Positions 14,130 to 35,900 are shown, numbered from the stretch's first letter. The stretch: DNA of 64,000 nucleotides from the human T2T-CHM13v2.0 reference genome, Homo sapiens (GCF_009914755.1 NC_060925.1); one strand, 5' to 3'. Notes: generated from the letters alone by a model not told the origin. A program made the numbers and translations.

Positions 14130-14308
14130 GAGGTGGGATGTTGCAGGGTACAATTCCGTGTTGGGGGGCGGCCTTAGCCTTACCAGCTAGATGCCAGGGG
14201 CACCCCCAACCGCAGTTGTGACAACTTTCCCAGGTATTCCAATTGTCCACTGGGGGGGGCGGGGGGGCGGGGAGGGGGGCAAAATCATCGCCCAGTTGAA
14301 AAGCATTG
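14130..14308 (-). mobile_element. MER20-like hAT-Charlie element
   Basis: CTAGATGCCAG..CACCCCC..AGTTGTGACAAC..GGGGGGCAAAATC..CCCAGTTGAAAAGCATTG. Confidence 0.7.
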
Positions 14309-14794
14309 CTCTAGTAGTTAAAAGTATGGGGCCAAGTTACCTCAGTTCAAAATCCCCTTCTGCCACGTAGAGTGTGGCATTTGGCAAGCTGCTCGACCTA
14401 TCCAAAGCTCAGTCTCCCCATCCGTCAAATGGACGTCATAATGATTACAAGGATGAGGACTTGACAAGAGAAAGCCAACTCTGAGGACTTGACAAGAGAA
14501 AGCCTGTGCTGTGCACACAAGGCCCTTAGCCTAGAGCCTGGAAATGGCCTTAACCAAAGGAGATGGTCATAGGATGGGAGAAGCAACAGCGTCACCCAGA
14601 GAAGAGGAGCTTCACTGATAGAAATCACCAGACTTGGGTCTGGTGTCATCATAGGTTGGGCACAGCACAGCCTGAAAATTTGTCTGCAGACTTTGAGACC
14701 CTGGCTCTGAAGGCCCTGGTAGTCACCTTGCCTGGTCCTTTAACCAAAGACCCCACATCAAGATTTGCCTCATTTCATTAGATCATAAGTTATC

Positions 14795-15010
14795 CACCAG
14801 GGGCAGTATTCACTCACAGAGGACATTTGGCAATGTCTGGAGACATTTTTTATTGTCACAACCAGAAAGAGGAGTAAGTGGGAGTGCTATTGGCACCTAA
14901 TAGGTAGAGACCAGGGATGTTCTAAACACCCTACAATTCAGAGAACAGCCATCAGAGCAAAGAATTGTCCAGGCCAACATGTCAGCGGTGTCCATATTGA
15001 GATACTCTAC
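14795..15010 (+). mobile_element. MER20-like hAT-Charlie element
   Basis: GGACATTTGGCAATGTCTGGAGACATTTTT..TTGTCACAAC..GGTAGAGACCAGGGATG. Confidence 0.8.
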
Positions 15011-15799
15011 ATCAGACTGATTCTACTCACTTTCTTTCCCTTTTTGCCTTGGCCACCAGGAAGCTCAAAGCAAAGTTTTATACTCAACTGCCATAGCTGT
15101 TTTCATTCTTGGTTTCCAATTCAACTATTTATCTCCCCAGCTCTCATCTTTAATGACTCTATATGTTCTTTTATCCTTCTTTCAATAGGCCTATAGGATT
15201 TTTGTTTTGTTTTAATCATGCTTTACTCTTTTAGGAAGAAGATGGTATATACACCAAAAGCCAAACTAATCTCTGTTGCTTCTTTTTAGGTGATTAAAAA
15301 TGTTTGATGTGTGGTTTGCACTTTCTTTTGTAAGTTATTTTATCCTCTCAACAGCCAAATAAAGCACATGTGTGAAGAAACTGAGGCTCAGCCAGGTGAT
15401 TCTGTGAGTAAATAATGAAGCTAGAACTTAACAAAACAAGTGAAATGTCAGAGACTAAATGAACCATATTAACCTGCTTAGATGGGCAATAGTAATCATT
15501 CTTAATGTATTCATGCTAATTAACCAATTAATCCCTACAGCAACCTTTTAAAAACATAACACCATTTCCTTTTTAAAGATGAGAAAACCCAACACCCCCA
15601 GCCAACGTGGATGACTAAATTAGACAGTCTCATCCGAAAGCCACTTGATTAATTCTGCCATCCACACAGACTAAGTTATCCAGATGATTGGCACATGTGA
15701 GGCAGTCTGCTCATTTTTCAGCAAGCCGTCATCACGATGTCCCCTCCACTCAGCTGCCTGATGGATCGCCAAACTCAAAGTGGCAGAAACGGGTATATC

Positions 15800-16480
<681 letters not shown>

Positions 16481-16501
16481 GAAAGAAAGAAAAAAGAAAA
16501 G

Positions 16502-17539
<1,038 letters not shown>

Positions 17540-18624
17540 TCAAAGTTGGATTTTTGTTTTCATTTTCCCTCACTTTGGCTGGATGCTTTACCTTGGTGAA
17601 TAAGCAATTTGAGAATGACTGGGGAAAAAAATATATTTTTACTCAAGTCCTGGTTTCCAAATTGCCCAATTAATAGAAGAGGGGGAAGTCCTTTCTTTGA
17701 AGGTTCTGGCGTGAAGCATTTGGAGCCAAAGTGAGTTTTGGTCCCACTGCAAACGACGGGAAAATGACTCAAGAGGAGGTTTGCCCTGCTTCACTCCTCC
17801 CTGGGGCCTAGAGAGAGGGTTTCTTATTTAGCAGGTGTACTGGGGGTTATTCATCCTGCGGGAAGGGAAAAGCAACCTGCAGAAATCCCACTTGAGAATG
17901 GCTAATGAAACTGTGTAACTCCATACAAGAGAACATGATGTAGCTATTAAATATGCTGCCTGCAAAAATTAAAAAAAAAAAACTAAAGACACGAAGAAGT
18001 ATTTTCATATAGACTTGAGTGAAATAGCACTTGAAACCATAGTACAGTTGCAAATGTAGGGACGGGGGAAATACTGAAGCAAACACACAAAAATGCAGGG
18101 CAGATTCCCTGGCCAGTCTTTATTTTGCTCTATGTACTTTGCAAAGAGCGAGTGTGTTGCTTTTATAATCCAAAAACATTTTTTTTTCTACAGATATTTT
18201 CAGGGAATATCAAGGACCAGCCTTCCCTTTGAAATGGCTTCCAGCTTGCAAATAGCCTAAACTCTTCTTTGCTCTCTGCCTATAGCTGCAGCCGCGGTGG
18301 GGGAGATTTCAGATCACAGGCAGAGAAGCGGCTCCGCTGGGTTGCTCCTGGCCACCTCCCAAAGATGCTGCCTCTGCAGAGAGCCGGAGAAAAACCCGAC
18401 CCTGGAGAGGCTTTGGTTATGGGCTTCTGGAAACACACAGCCTCCTACCAGCACCAGGGCTCCTTTCTCACAGAGAATCCGAGGGTCATTTTAGATCAGA
18501 GTTGAGGCAATTCTTCCTGGAGTCTTCTTTCTAATGCCCTCCATTCGTGCCTCTGCCCTCTTACTGGTTGTGCGTCTTTAGGCAAGTGATTTGTACCACT
18601 TGCCAGCAAAAGGAGCCAGTTGTT

Positions 18625-19215
<591 letters not shown>

Positions 19216-19613
19216 TTAATTTAAAAAAAGAGCAAGTTGTTCCAGTGAGGTTCAAATAAGCAAGTCCCAGAGCTCCAACCCTGCCTGGAGTGTGAACCCT
19301 GCATCCTGGCCAGTCTGTTCTGGTTCTTCACCTCTCTGGATAGTCCTATAAGCCAGATGCTCTCTACCAAAGAGGAAATGGGCTCAAAGAGGTGAAGCCT
19401 CCCACCCAAAGTCACAGAGCTGGAAAACTGCAGAGCCAGGATTCGAACCCAGATGCCTGGCCACAGAGCCCAGGCTCTTTTGAATAATTCCTCATTTTCA
19501 TGTCCACATTATCCCTCTGACTACACAGCAGCTTAAGGATTGACACCACATTTGGTTCAGTCAACATTTGTGATGAATCTCTAATGAGAATAACATTAAG
19601 ACATGTATTGTAA

Positions 19614-19934
<321 letters not shown>

Positions 19935-20961
19935 CTACTGCGCTAAGCGCTTTTCATACTTTGCTTTATTTAATCCTTTCATCAGTCCCCGAGAGGTAGC
20001 TATTATTATCATTCCCATTTTATAGATGAGCAGATGAAGACACAGAGAAGTAAACTGACTCTCCCTACATCACACAGCTGTGGAGTCAGGAGGATATGAA
20101 GCCAAGGGTATCTGATATGGTTAAGATTATCAGCTCCACAGCCTGGTTATTGCAGTTGGTGTCTACATAGGACCAGGGGTGTTAAATTCTACACTGACTG
20201 TTTGCCCTGGGCACTTTCAGCTGACAGGGCCACTATAAATCTTGATCCCTGCTTACAGCTGGGAGGCCATGCCCTGGGCCAGAGTGGTTGGTACGCTAAG
20301 TCTCCCTTACTAGACAGAGACTGTGAGAGCAGTGAGTCTGCCCAGCTGTGGCTAGTGGCCAACAGCCAGCTATGGATTGGTGGACATCGTGCCCAGCTGT
20401 AGATCAGCAGACATTACCCAGCTGCAGGAGACAAGAGAAGATGCTCTTTTCCTTGCAAACCATGGATGTGGCCCACGGAGAAAGTGTAGGTGTTCACTTG
20501 CCAGCCTTCCATACATCATGGTGCACCCAGAAACTGATACACTTAGGGACAGACAAGACCACTTGCAGCTGTAGGCACGTGGCGCAGCCACCTGCTCCCA
20601 CCAACACATTCCCGCCCCAGGTTCAGGGGATCCACATCTTGGCATAAGAAGTGGAAGGCTCGGTTCAGGGGGATCCCTCTCCCTTCCCCACCCTTTAGAA
20701 TTTACTTTTCACTCCAAGGAAAAATAAAGAATTTACCTCAGAAAGGCTTTTAAAGAAACTCCCAGTTCATCCCAAGGAAGTACTATTTTAATGTAGATTC
20801 CCAGCTTTAATGTAAAGACATTGGTGCCCATGAGTAGAGGAAAAAATGTTTGACTCTGCAATGAGTACATTTGAGTGGGCCATAGTTTGCAATTTGCAGT
20901 AATCCAGTATCAGTCAACGCTTTTTGTTAATGTATCTTTTAGAGAATAAAGAAAACTGGGA

Positions 20962-21247
20962 GGCCAGGCATGGTGGCTCATGCCTGTAATCTCAGCACTT
21001 TGAGAGGCTGAGGAAGGCAGATCAGTTGAGTTCAAGTCTAGCCTGGGCAACATGGTAAGACCCCGTCTCTGCAAACAAATACAAAAATTAGCTGGGTATG
21101 GTGGTGCACACCCGTAGTCCCAGCTACTCAGGAGGCTGAGATGGGAGGATTACTGAGCCCAGGGAGGTCGAGGTTGCAAAGAGCCATGATTGTGCCACTG
21201 TACTCCAGCATGGATGACAGAGTGAGACCCTGCCTCAAAAAAAAAAG
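20962..21247 (+). mobile_element. Alu (AluJ-like)
   Basis: Alu motifs and A tail. Confidence 0.9.
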
Positions 21248-22028
21248 GAAAGAAAACTGAAAGGTACCTTTTCTATGTGCATCAGCCCTTTCTTTCTACG
21301 GACTTCAGCCCACGTCAGTCTTTAGGGCACACACATGCACACAAACATACACACTAAAACACATGCATCCTCTCTTTACAACTCCGTGAGTCTCTTCCCT
21401 AGACTTAATCAATATATAAAACATATCTCCATGAATCTTCTCAATAATGCCCAGCTCTGGAAATTCAGAACAGAATAGGATTTCCAGGTTTCAAATCACG
21501 GATGCAAGCTTAGGGACCATCTGACCTCATCATTAAACAGAGGAGCACACTGAGGCCCAGAGGGGAAGTGACTTATCCAAGGTCACAGAGTGAATTTATG
21601 CTGGAGCCCAAGTGGGTACCCAGGTGGACCCCCGGCTCTCAGACCAGCACTGCCCAGAGAGGTACAAGCAATAAAAGTCATTGTCTAAATTGCAAGGAGA
21701 CAAATACAACTTCTCCATCCCCAAGGAGAGCCAATGGACGGAATCTTTGCAGGCACAATTGCCACAGAAAGTTTACAAAGACTTTCCTAGCCTAATATAT
21801 GTAAAGAAATCTTTAGAGAGTCATTCCCCATTAATCAGCTGTCAGCAGTGTTCTGAAGGAGGGGAGGGGAGTTGAGGATGGAGAACACTAACTCATTTCC
21901 CAGAGCCTGTCTTCAGGATTTCAAAAATGAGTTTAGCAGAGCCAGCCACTTTGGGGGCATCTGAGAAAATGAGAAACGCTTCTAACACCCTCAATTGCTC
22001 TCAACCCACATGACGGTGCCTGTGATTT

Positions 22029-22536
22029 AGTGACTCTTACACTTTAGCGTGCATACGAATCTTCTGGAAGGTTTGTTAAAACAGATTGCTGGTCGGGTGT
22101 GGTGGCTCATGCCTGTGATCTCAGCACTTTGGAAGGCCTAGGTAGGTGGATCACTTGAGCCCAGGAGTTTGAGGCTAGCCTGGGCAACATTGACAGACCT
22201 TATCTTTACAAAAAATACAAAAATTAGCCGGGCGTGGTGGCTTGCACTTGTAGTCCCAGCTGCTTGGGAGGCTGAGGTGGGAGGATCACTTGAGCCTAGG
22301 AGGCAGAGGCTGCAGTCAGCCGAGATTGTGCCACTGCACCACAGCCTGGGCGACACAGCCAGACCCTGTCTCAAAAAAACAAAAACAAATCACAGATTGC
22401 TGCCCACCACCCCTCTCCATGCACCCAGAGTTTCTGATTCAGTAGGCATGGCATGGGGCCTGAGAAGTTGCATTTCTATCAAGTTCCCAAGTGAGGCTGA
22501 TGCTGCTGGTCCATGGCCCACACTTTGAGATCACTG
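22029..22536. mobile_element. MER5A-like element split by an Alu (22091-22390)
   Basis: TTGTTAAAACAGATTGCT [Alu] ACAGATTGCT..AGAGTTTCTGATTCAGTAGG..TTGCATTTCT..GATGCTGCTGGTCC..CACACTTTGAG; the duplicated ACAGATTGCT is the TSD. Confidence 0.85.
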
Positions 22537-23295
22537 TTTTGTGCTCTTGATGCTGTTTGGATGATTCAGGCAAAAGAGTGAAAAACAATTATATTAACCT
22601 GGGAGCAGAATCCCATGGCAGTTGGGCACAGAACTCAAAGTCAAGCAGACGTGGCTGGGACTGGAGGTCTGCTGTAGACTGCAGGAGTCCAGCCTGGTCG
22701 CTGCTGTTCCCTGGTGCTTGGCTCCAGGGCTGGCACACTGTGGGCGTCCAATAAATGTGTGTTTCTGGATGCTGTCTTAGCTTTTAGGTGGAGGTAAATT
22801 ACACCACTGCCTCCCACTCCCTAAAAGGAAGGGAATGGAGAGATGGCACAAGAGTCTGCAGAAGCATCAAGAGTGGCCATGGCTCTCTTGGTTTTTCACC
22901 TTGACCTTGGGTTAGGAGCAATTAGGTGCTGAAGCCTGAACATGGGTCCAAAGTCTGTTTCTTTTCATTGTAATAATTTTCACATGGGTGTTCTTATTTT
23001 TAAAAGTTGTGACCCTCATTATAGAAAATTTACAAAATGTTTGGAGGCAAAAAGAAGAAAATAGCTATCACCCATAACCTCAACCCTGAGGAGTACTCAC
23101 TCATCATTTAGGAATATATTCTTTGGGTGTTATTTTTCCACACATAAGTATGTTTTTTTCTTAAGTAGAATCATGCTGTTTGGGAAGTTGCCTTTTTTTC
23201 ACTCAATGTTTCATGAATACTTTTGCAGGTCATGAAATTTTTCCAGGTACAAATTTCAAGGGATAGGATAGTTCCATTAAGAAAGTAGACTCATG

Positions 23296-24282
<987 letters not shown>

Positions 24283-26233
24283 TTACCAGATAAGGGAAGT
24301 TGGACAAGTTACTTAACTTCTGAGTGTCTCCGTTTCTTCACCAGTATAATTGGGATGATAGTATTTGTACCTATCACAAACAGTTGTTAGGAGAATTAGA
24401 TGAGCTAATCTATGTAAGTCATTTAGGATGGTTGCTAGCATGAAGCTAAATTTTTGGTGGAATATGGGTTATAGCCTAGAAACATTACACATTGTTGCCT
24501 CTTATTATGTGTCCTTGCAATGGCCTGGAGTATTCCATTATATGGATGTTTCATAATATATCTGTCAATATCCTATTGTTAGGAATGTTTACTTTTTTCC
24601 AGTTTTCCCTATTAGAAAAAAATATTGTGATGTACTTATATCTTTGCACATATGCGTGGTAAATTCCTAGGCATACAGTGATGTACTAAGGATGGTTCTA
24701 AACATTTCTAGAGCTTTTGATACATACTTGCTAAATTGCCCTTCAGAAAGCACAGTAATTTACTCTGCCACACAGTATGTGAGTCACACGTTCCAGACCT
24801 CTCAGTCATCCTGATAGTACCATTCTCCCCTTCACAACTGCCACTTAGATAGGCGGGGCATGGCATATCATTGTTTTAATTTGCTTTTCTTTGAGGTTTC
24901 TGGTAAGACAGACCATTTTTCATATACTACCAGCCCTCGAGTATGTCTTTCATAAATTGCCTGTCTATGTCCTTTGCCCAGAGATTGTTCATCATCCATA
25001 TTGATTTGCAAGTGCTCTTTATATAGCAAAGATATTAACCCTTTTCAGCAGAGGCATTGAAAGCATTTAATCTAGTGTGCCATTTGCTGTCAATTTTATT
25101 TTCGGTGTTTTATCTTCCCCACCGCGTGTCACTTTGTTTGCCTCAGATCCCAGCCAGGGGAGCCATAGTCTCCTCCCCCTCAGCATCTTCCCTGCCCAGC
25201 TCCACCAGCCTTGGGCCCTTTTAAGTCTGCAGCCTGGGGCAGTCTCTTTGATTTACTGTCCCCTACGTAATGAAAAACCCCAGATTGGAAAGTGGTCTAT
25301 CAGGTCTTTTCAGAAGTCTAAGATGACCCCCAAATCCACTGGGTTCCTACCCCTGCTGGCTGCCTCATAAGGTCACAGGTCATAGGTCATCACGCCCCAA
25401 TGACCCCCAAAAAGGGATAACTCAAGCCCCCTGGTGATAACAGTTGATGCCAGCCAACTGGTTTGGCTGCTTGCTTCTCTAAATTTCCCTGATAATTTTT
25501 GGCGGAATGTAGATTATAGCCTAGGACTGCAAGAGGAAAAATAATATTCAATTGAGGATAAAAGATAAGAGATGCCCCTTACTGAGCCCTGCTAAGTGCC
25601 AGCCGCTCTACATGCATTATTATCTCTGCAGCAATCTCCACAAGCTAAGTATCACTGTGCTCATTTCTTAAAAGTGGAAATGGAAGTTCAGAGAGGTTAA
25701 GTAACTTGCCCCAAGAAACCCAGCTCCTGAGGATTGAAGCCAAGATTAAAATTTAGCTTGTCAGATTTCAAAACTTGTGTCCTCTTCCTGAGCCCCACTC
25801 ACCAGGTTTAACCCCGGCTTTGCCACATGCTTGTTTTATGACACCAGAAAACCCCTTCACCACACTAGTCCCCAGGTTTCTTTCATCTGGGGATAATAAC
25901 AGCTTGCCTCCATACCATGCAGTATCAAGAAGAGAGCCAAGGTTTTTAAAAAACATGGACATGAAGACTCCATAACTGTAAACTGACAGTTTACCTTTGA
26001 CAAAGGCACACATGGCACCTTCTTAGATGAATTCTCGGAATATAGCCATTAATTCACTTTCAATCTTACAACCTGTAACAGTCATATATAGTCAGATACT
26101 TATATTTACAGGATGGATTGCCAACCCCCCTTCCCATTCCCACAAATTGTTTTCATTTATTCAACAGATATTCACAGTTTTCCAGGTCCTGTGGGAGACA
26201 AGACTGTCTGTGACCTCGAGGAGCTCACACTGA

Positions 26234-26630
<397 letters not shown>

Positions 26631-26784
26631 TGACTCTCCAAGGTCTTAGAGACACAGAATCCCTCGGTTCACATGAAACTGGGTCCCTAACAAACCCGGC
26701 CTTCCTGACACATGGCAAACCTGTGTTCAGCTGAGTCCCCGTACCTGGAGGTGCAGTCAGAGTGGGTGTGGCCCTACCCTTTCA

Positions 26785-27177
<393 letters not shown>

Positions 27178-27369
27178 TCAGAATCCAACTGCATCTGCCC
27201 AGCAAGTGAGACTCTTTCTTTCTTTGAAACCAACATTACCTGGGTCAATAACGATAATCTCGAAAACATGATGTTGAGCAAGAGAAGTTTCAGAATGATG
27301 CCTAAAGTATACTGTTACATAAACTGTAAAAACTGTTTATTTTAATATACATATGTAGTAAAAAATATG

Positions 27370-28153
<784 letters not shown>

Positions 28154-28515
28154 AAATGTAGAGAAACGACAGATGCCACCTTAGGGAGTGTGCTTCCTTC
28201 CGGGGAGAGAAGAAAGGGACTGAGGCAGGGAAGGGGTACTCGATGGTGTTGACTCTGTCCCTAAATAGTTAATGGTAAACATTTATTAAAATAAATAAAT
28301 AACTTAAAGTTTAAAATTTTAAGGCCTGCTTTCTCCTAGCTATGCAACCCTAGGCAATTTATTTCACATCTCGGGACCTTTATCTCCTCATCTGTCATAT
28401 AAGGATGCCAATATCTACTCCATGGATTTGTATGAGAATTAAATAATATAATGAATGGAACATGCCTAACACAGCGTCCGGCTCATTGTGAGTACTGAGT
28501 TACCATTATGATTAT

Positions 28516-29132
<617 letters not shown>

Positions 29133-30047
29133 CCATCATTATTATCGTTGTTGTGGTTGCTACCTTTCTGAAAGTGAGGAGCATTTTCTACAATGCACCT
29201 GTGGGTGCCAACATGTGCATGAGGGCACACACACACACACACACACACCCACATGCAAGCGCATGACCCTTTCTGATGAGAGAAATAAGTTTTTCTGCTC
29301 CAAGCCCTGGTTTCTGAAACTCAGCATTGGTAGGGGCGTGGGTACTCAGGCGAGCTGGAAACTACAATGGTAGAAGCGGGGGGAGCCCTTTGCAAAGGTA
29401 CTTTTTGATCTGCTCTAACTGCCACTATAGAGAATTAGATGGAATTCATTTTTATGATGAAGGAATTAATGGCTATGGAGAGAATCGGGTTCAGGTGGAA
29501 GACTTGAATCCAAAGAAGGGAATAAAGCCTTGAAATTCAAATGAAAAATTATTATATAAGCATAAAGGAAACCTATTTTACACCTGTAAGACTAAATGTA
29601 TAAATATGAACCAACTGCTCCCTCTGGGAAATGGGGATTGTGCTTTTAATTCACCTAGACAAATATGCAGTGCATTCTCACTTCCATCTATACATTTCAA
29701 TGAAGACCGGGCACCCGCCAGAGGCTCCTGAGTACCCCTAGACTGGCCACCTCCTTCCCCAGGCTAAGCACCTTCTGGCCCAGCAAAAGCCTCTCTGGCT
29801 TCCCCAGAACTCCCAGAAAGCAAGTGAGGCTCTCTAAGCTGCAAAATCCTTGAGCAAGGGCATGTCAAATGCTGCTTCCTGGCAGTAACATTCTCTGATC
29901 CTACAGTCCCACACCCCCACCAGGACTCCCAAGGCAGTATCTAAAATCTCACAGTCATCAGAATGTTTCAGCTGCATTCCGTCATTCAATCATTCATTCA
30001 TTTAATAACACCGCTGAGTACCCACCATGCACCAGTCTCTGTGCTCA

Positions 30048-30355
<308 letters not shown>

Positions 30356-32184
30356 TCTCTTCCATGCTATCTGATAACTCTTTGACCTTGGACTCCTCTC
30401 TGAGCCTCCCTGAGTCTATTTCTTCCTCTGTAAAATAGAGATGCTGCTATCTCCTACTTGGGGTAGCTTTGAGATTAAGCAGGCTTACTGTCAATTGTGT
30501 GGCACAGAGTGGGCATTCAAAAATTCTAGTTATAAACGTGAGTGCCCAAGGTCAAAGAGTAACATAAGCTTCCAACTTCAAGATCATTCAGCTCTTTACT
30601 GTGCACCATCTGTGTTCTTTCAGACACTGAGCTCCGTCCCAGAATTGCAGAGATAAATACAAAAAAAAAAATCCCAGTGGCCAACTATCAAGGAAGTGGG
30701 AAACAAGGAAGCCAGCTTGCGTTGACTGCCAACCAACTGTAGACCAACCATGACGCTAGGCGTTTTCCCCCAACTCATCCCTGCTCCTCAGGACAGTACA
30801 GATCACCATGTTTTGAGTTCTGTTGGAGCACTGTTCACCATGCCTATATGGCCATGCACCCTCGTGGTGCTCCAAGGGACAAGTCTCCAGTTAACCTATG
30901 AGGAAACCTTAGCACATAGAGAGCAAGCCAAGGTTCAATGTGCTAGGATAATTCATTCATCCATTCATTCACCCAATGATGTTTACTGAGCATCTACTAT
31001 GGTATATAGTATACAGCAATGAATACACAGAACAAGTACCCTTGTCCCTGTGGAGCTTCCATAAGCTTCTACCAAGTCCATCCGTATGCTCCTCCTGCAT
31101 GTGGGAGAGGAAAGACCCCTCTGCATGGAGTGAACCATGATAGAGGAGGGAGATCCCCAGGGAGAGAAGGAAGCAGGAGACTTGCAAGCAAGAAAACTCA
31201 ATTCCATCAGCTTCCTCGTCTCAACAAGCCAATCTAAGGTGGAGTACAGGCAGCGTTTGATCTTTTCATCTTATTCCCATCCTGCCTCAGCCCTGAGAAA
31301 GCCTGGGGGCCTGGAGGGAAAGTTCACCTGGGCTTGTGGGCTTCCCTGGAACTTGTGCACAGCCTGGAGCTCCAGGCCGGCCAGTGCTGGGCTCACCACA
31401 TCCCTTTGATTGTTTAATGAAAGTGCTTTGAAGGTCCCACAGATGCTCCACTGTGATAAGGTAATTGTCCAAGGGCAATGTCTACAACCCATTAATGCTG
31501 GACTTGGTGCAAATTGAACTTGGAGAAGGTGCCTCGACACCGTCTGACACTTGGTCTTTTGTTCCGGCAACTGGGAGTTTGGGAGGAGGCTTTCCTCCCG
31601 AAGCTTCCAAAGGGTGCCAAGAGAGAGAAATTCCTGTTACACACGCCCTACCTCACATCTCTGCATGAGCATATGCACTCGTGTGTACACACATGCACAT
31701 AAGTACATATGTAGGCGCACTCATACTCTCTTGTGTACAGGCTCTTGTATACTCTTACATAGGTGCACACATGCCCTCAGCTTCACATATTCATATGAAC
31801 GTATCCCAATATACCTTCATCCCAATCCATTACCTTTAAACCACTGGGACCAGACTGGGGCGGGCTGGCAGGGGAGGAGGGGTATTCTCTTCCTCCTGGG
31901 AAGGTTCTTTTTCCACTTGAGAAATGGAAAGGAAAGAGGGATTACCAGACACGGGCAGAGAGGAAAAGGCTTTTACAGATATCAGGGAACACTCTGTAAA
32001 GATGGCTTCAACCGCATCTCTGAAAGCCAGTAGAAAAGCATTAATAGGAGAGGAAACTGCAGAGAGGAGAAGGAAGAGAAGTGGGAGAAGCACCTTGGCC
32101 CGTCTTGGGTCTCTCTCTAAGCTTTAGCCTTGCTTGTCTTTATTTCCAGAACCTTGAGAGGTAAAAGGCTCCCAGGACCAGCCT

Positions 32185-32904
<720 letters not shown>

Positions 32905-35900
32905 TCACTCGAGAGCCCACTTAGCAGTAGGCCTGAGAGAAACCTGGTTATTATTACTGTTGTTGTATCTTTAGTGATGTTGTTCTTGCCCAGTTCTTGA
33001 GAACTGGAATCCAGTGCATACTATTCCATTTTTCTGGGGAAAATGAAAATGTCAAGCAAGCTATCAACTTTCCTTTTTGTTTCTATTCAGGTTTGGGCAG
33101 ATTATTTCAAGCTCACCCCTAGAAGAGTGCCACTTCTTAAAAGAAAAGCATAATAATAAAAGGTCGGTGCCTCTTGGAAATGTAGCGCTGAGGAATTCCA
33201 GCCTCCGAAACCTGGAAGGAGACTCCTGAGAGTCCTTTGTTCCTGGATGTTCAGTTTCCCTCCCCACCCCCACGCCCACCCCCTCCTCTCTCATTATCAA
33301 ACATTTGAAGACTGAGTAATTCCATTTGTTGATGTCTTTGGCCTCCTCTAGCAGAGCAGGCCAGAGCCTCTGAAAATGCAAAGGCCCCCAATGAAATAAA
33401 AACCCCTGGTTTTCAAGGTGGATTTATCACCCTTTAAAGGAATATTTATTGGGTAATCACTTTCCAAAAGTGCTCATGACACAGGGGACTGAAATAAAGA
33501 GCGTCCTCTCCCTCGGGCTGAGGGAAGAGGCTGTTGGCCACTTGGATGCAGGGAGGAGGGAGCCTCTTTGTGGCCTATGTCTTGGGAGGGAGCAGCCAGA
33601 GACAGGCCAAGTTTCCCCAGCTAAACTCAAGCTGGGGTCTTGCTTCTGTACCTTGGGCCTACTTATTTCTCTCCCGTTTCCAAACCCAAATTGGGTTTGG
33701 AAGATGCCACTTGGAAACTTGGGAAGAAGAATTCCTATTAGCATTGTTGTTGCCTTTAAGAAAAGGGAAAAGGAGGAATGCAGAGATTTCAGACCAGACG
33801 GGGTGAGCTAGAGATAGGAGACAATCATCCAAGCCAGACCACACTGAGACGGGAATGATTCCTGGCGGATTAGTGGGCTGGGCTGGGCCGGGCCGGGAGA
33901 TGCACCCCAAGACCAAGCAGAGAAGGAGGATCTCTTCCCCAAGGTCTTTAGCCAACCTCATCTGGACCAAAGGATCTTCCCAGGGATTCAGGTCTGAGTT
34001 ACAGCCCAGAGAGCAATGGAGGCCCATACATACCTCAGGAAACCATGGAGATGGGGGAGGCGGTGACAAGACAGACAGTCCCAGAGAAAAGCCGCTGGGG
34101 TGAAGCCAGAAAGGCAAGGAGGAAAAGAGAAAGAGAGACCAAAAGAACAAAACAGATGGAGGAGACCATAAGATAGACTGAGGGGGAAAGAGAGACAGGA
34201 AAAATGTTTGTGTGTGAGAGAGAGACAGAGAGAAAGAGGGTGAAAGAGGGTGAGGAGAGACAGGGATAGAAAGAGGGGGTCAAGGGCTAAAGGAAAACTT
34301 TCTGGAACAAGTCTGGCCCAGCCCACACACTCAGAAGCCCTCACACCCTCCCAGCAGCAACTGGAGGTCTTAGGAGTTGATTAAGCCTGCATGGGGGTGA
34401 CTTTTTCTAGACAAGGGGGTAAGCAAAGGGAAACAAGAGGAGGGGACGCGGCTCTCCCCCATCCCCAGCCACAGTTCCCAGGTGAACCCCCCTTTCCCCT
34501 GCTGGATGTGAAATCGCCATTTCACCCCACCACACTCCTTAATTGTTGCAAAAATCATTTGTGAAATTGGTCTCCAACAGGCAAGAACGGCCACGCTCAT
34601 TCCAATAGACAACCCCACCTCAACCCTTCCCTCTGCAAGGGCCCATGGAATCCCGGAGCTGCAGAAACCCTGGGGGCCTGTGTCGCTACTGCACCCACTA
34701 CTGTGAGTCTTTTGCAGGGAGGGTGAGGGACCACACTGTGGGCAAGGTGGCCCCAGTGCAGGACTCCTGAGGTTCTGAGGGTCCCTGGCAGCAGAAGTGT
34801 CCAGCTATGCACTCGCCCCACTCAGCTCAAGATGCTACATGAGCACTGGCCAGAAGAGAGGGAGCCTCCCACCCTTGGCACACCCTGGAGGTCTTTTCTC
34901 ACTTGAGAATTGACCTAAACACACACTCACACATTCCTGACGCGCGCTTAGAGCCATACCAAGGCAACCTGGAGGTGACCTCAAAGCAGAAATACAGACA
35001 TGGACCCTCACTTAGAAACACACATTTACTCAAACTGACCCCAAACAGACCTACACACAAAACCCACCTGCACCTTGACACACAGACCCGGGCACAGGCC
35101 TATATTCACACGCAAGCACACTGGCCCATTCCACAAATACAGGGAAGAAGTGCCTTGAAACCTTCCAGGCAGAGGACAGCTAGTGACGAATGAATGGATG
35201 AATATGCAATATACCTAATATATATGTGTGTGTGTTATACGTGTGTATGCATAAGTGTATATGATACAAATACATGTATATATACACACAGAGAATATAT
35301 ATCCACCTATGGAGGTCAAAGCAGGCCAGGTCCCCAGCAAGGCTGGTGATGTAAGGGGGTTGCTGTCTTCCCTGGGCACACATGCTATGGCTTAAAGCTT
35401 GATCTCCCAATCTCTCCCGGGGGAGGGCCCCATAACTTGGGCCAGGCAAAGTACCCCGGTGTCCCCCTTCCAATTCGAAAGCTACTTGGCATCTGTCTTC
35501 TCAGTTAGAGAGAGTATGAGCTCAACAAGTTTTTCATCAGGGCCCCCATTCCCAGAAGGCCCCCCCAAAATCTGATGAGCCCCTTGTGCTAGGAGAGTGG
35601 GGAGAGGAGGGAGATCTGTCACATGCTGCAAGGGGCAAAGGTCACAGGTGAGGCGAAGGGGAGGGATGGGGACACCCTGGGGCCAGCCAGCGGTGAGCGC
35701 CCCAGGCTAAGACAAGGCTGACCCCACTGCCGAGAGAGGGCGGGCAGGGGGTGAGATTGAGGGCTGGGTTCATTTTATTGTATTTTGCCTCCAGCGTGGG
35801 GCCAGAGACGCTCTTTCCCCCGGGAGACAAAAGGCCTGCAGTTGTGGCGTCCTGCCCCGCTGGGAGGGCGTTTCGCCCCCAGGACTCGGTGTCCCGAGGT

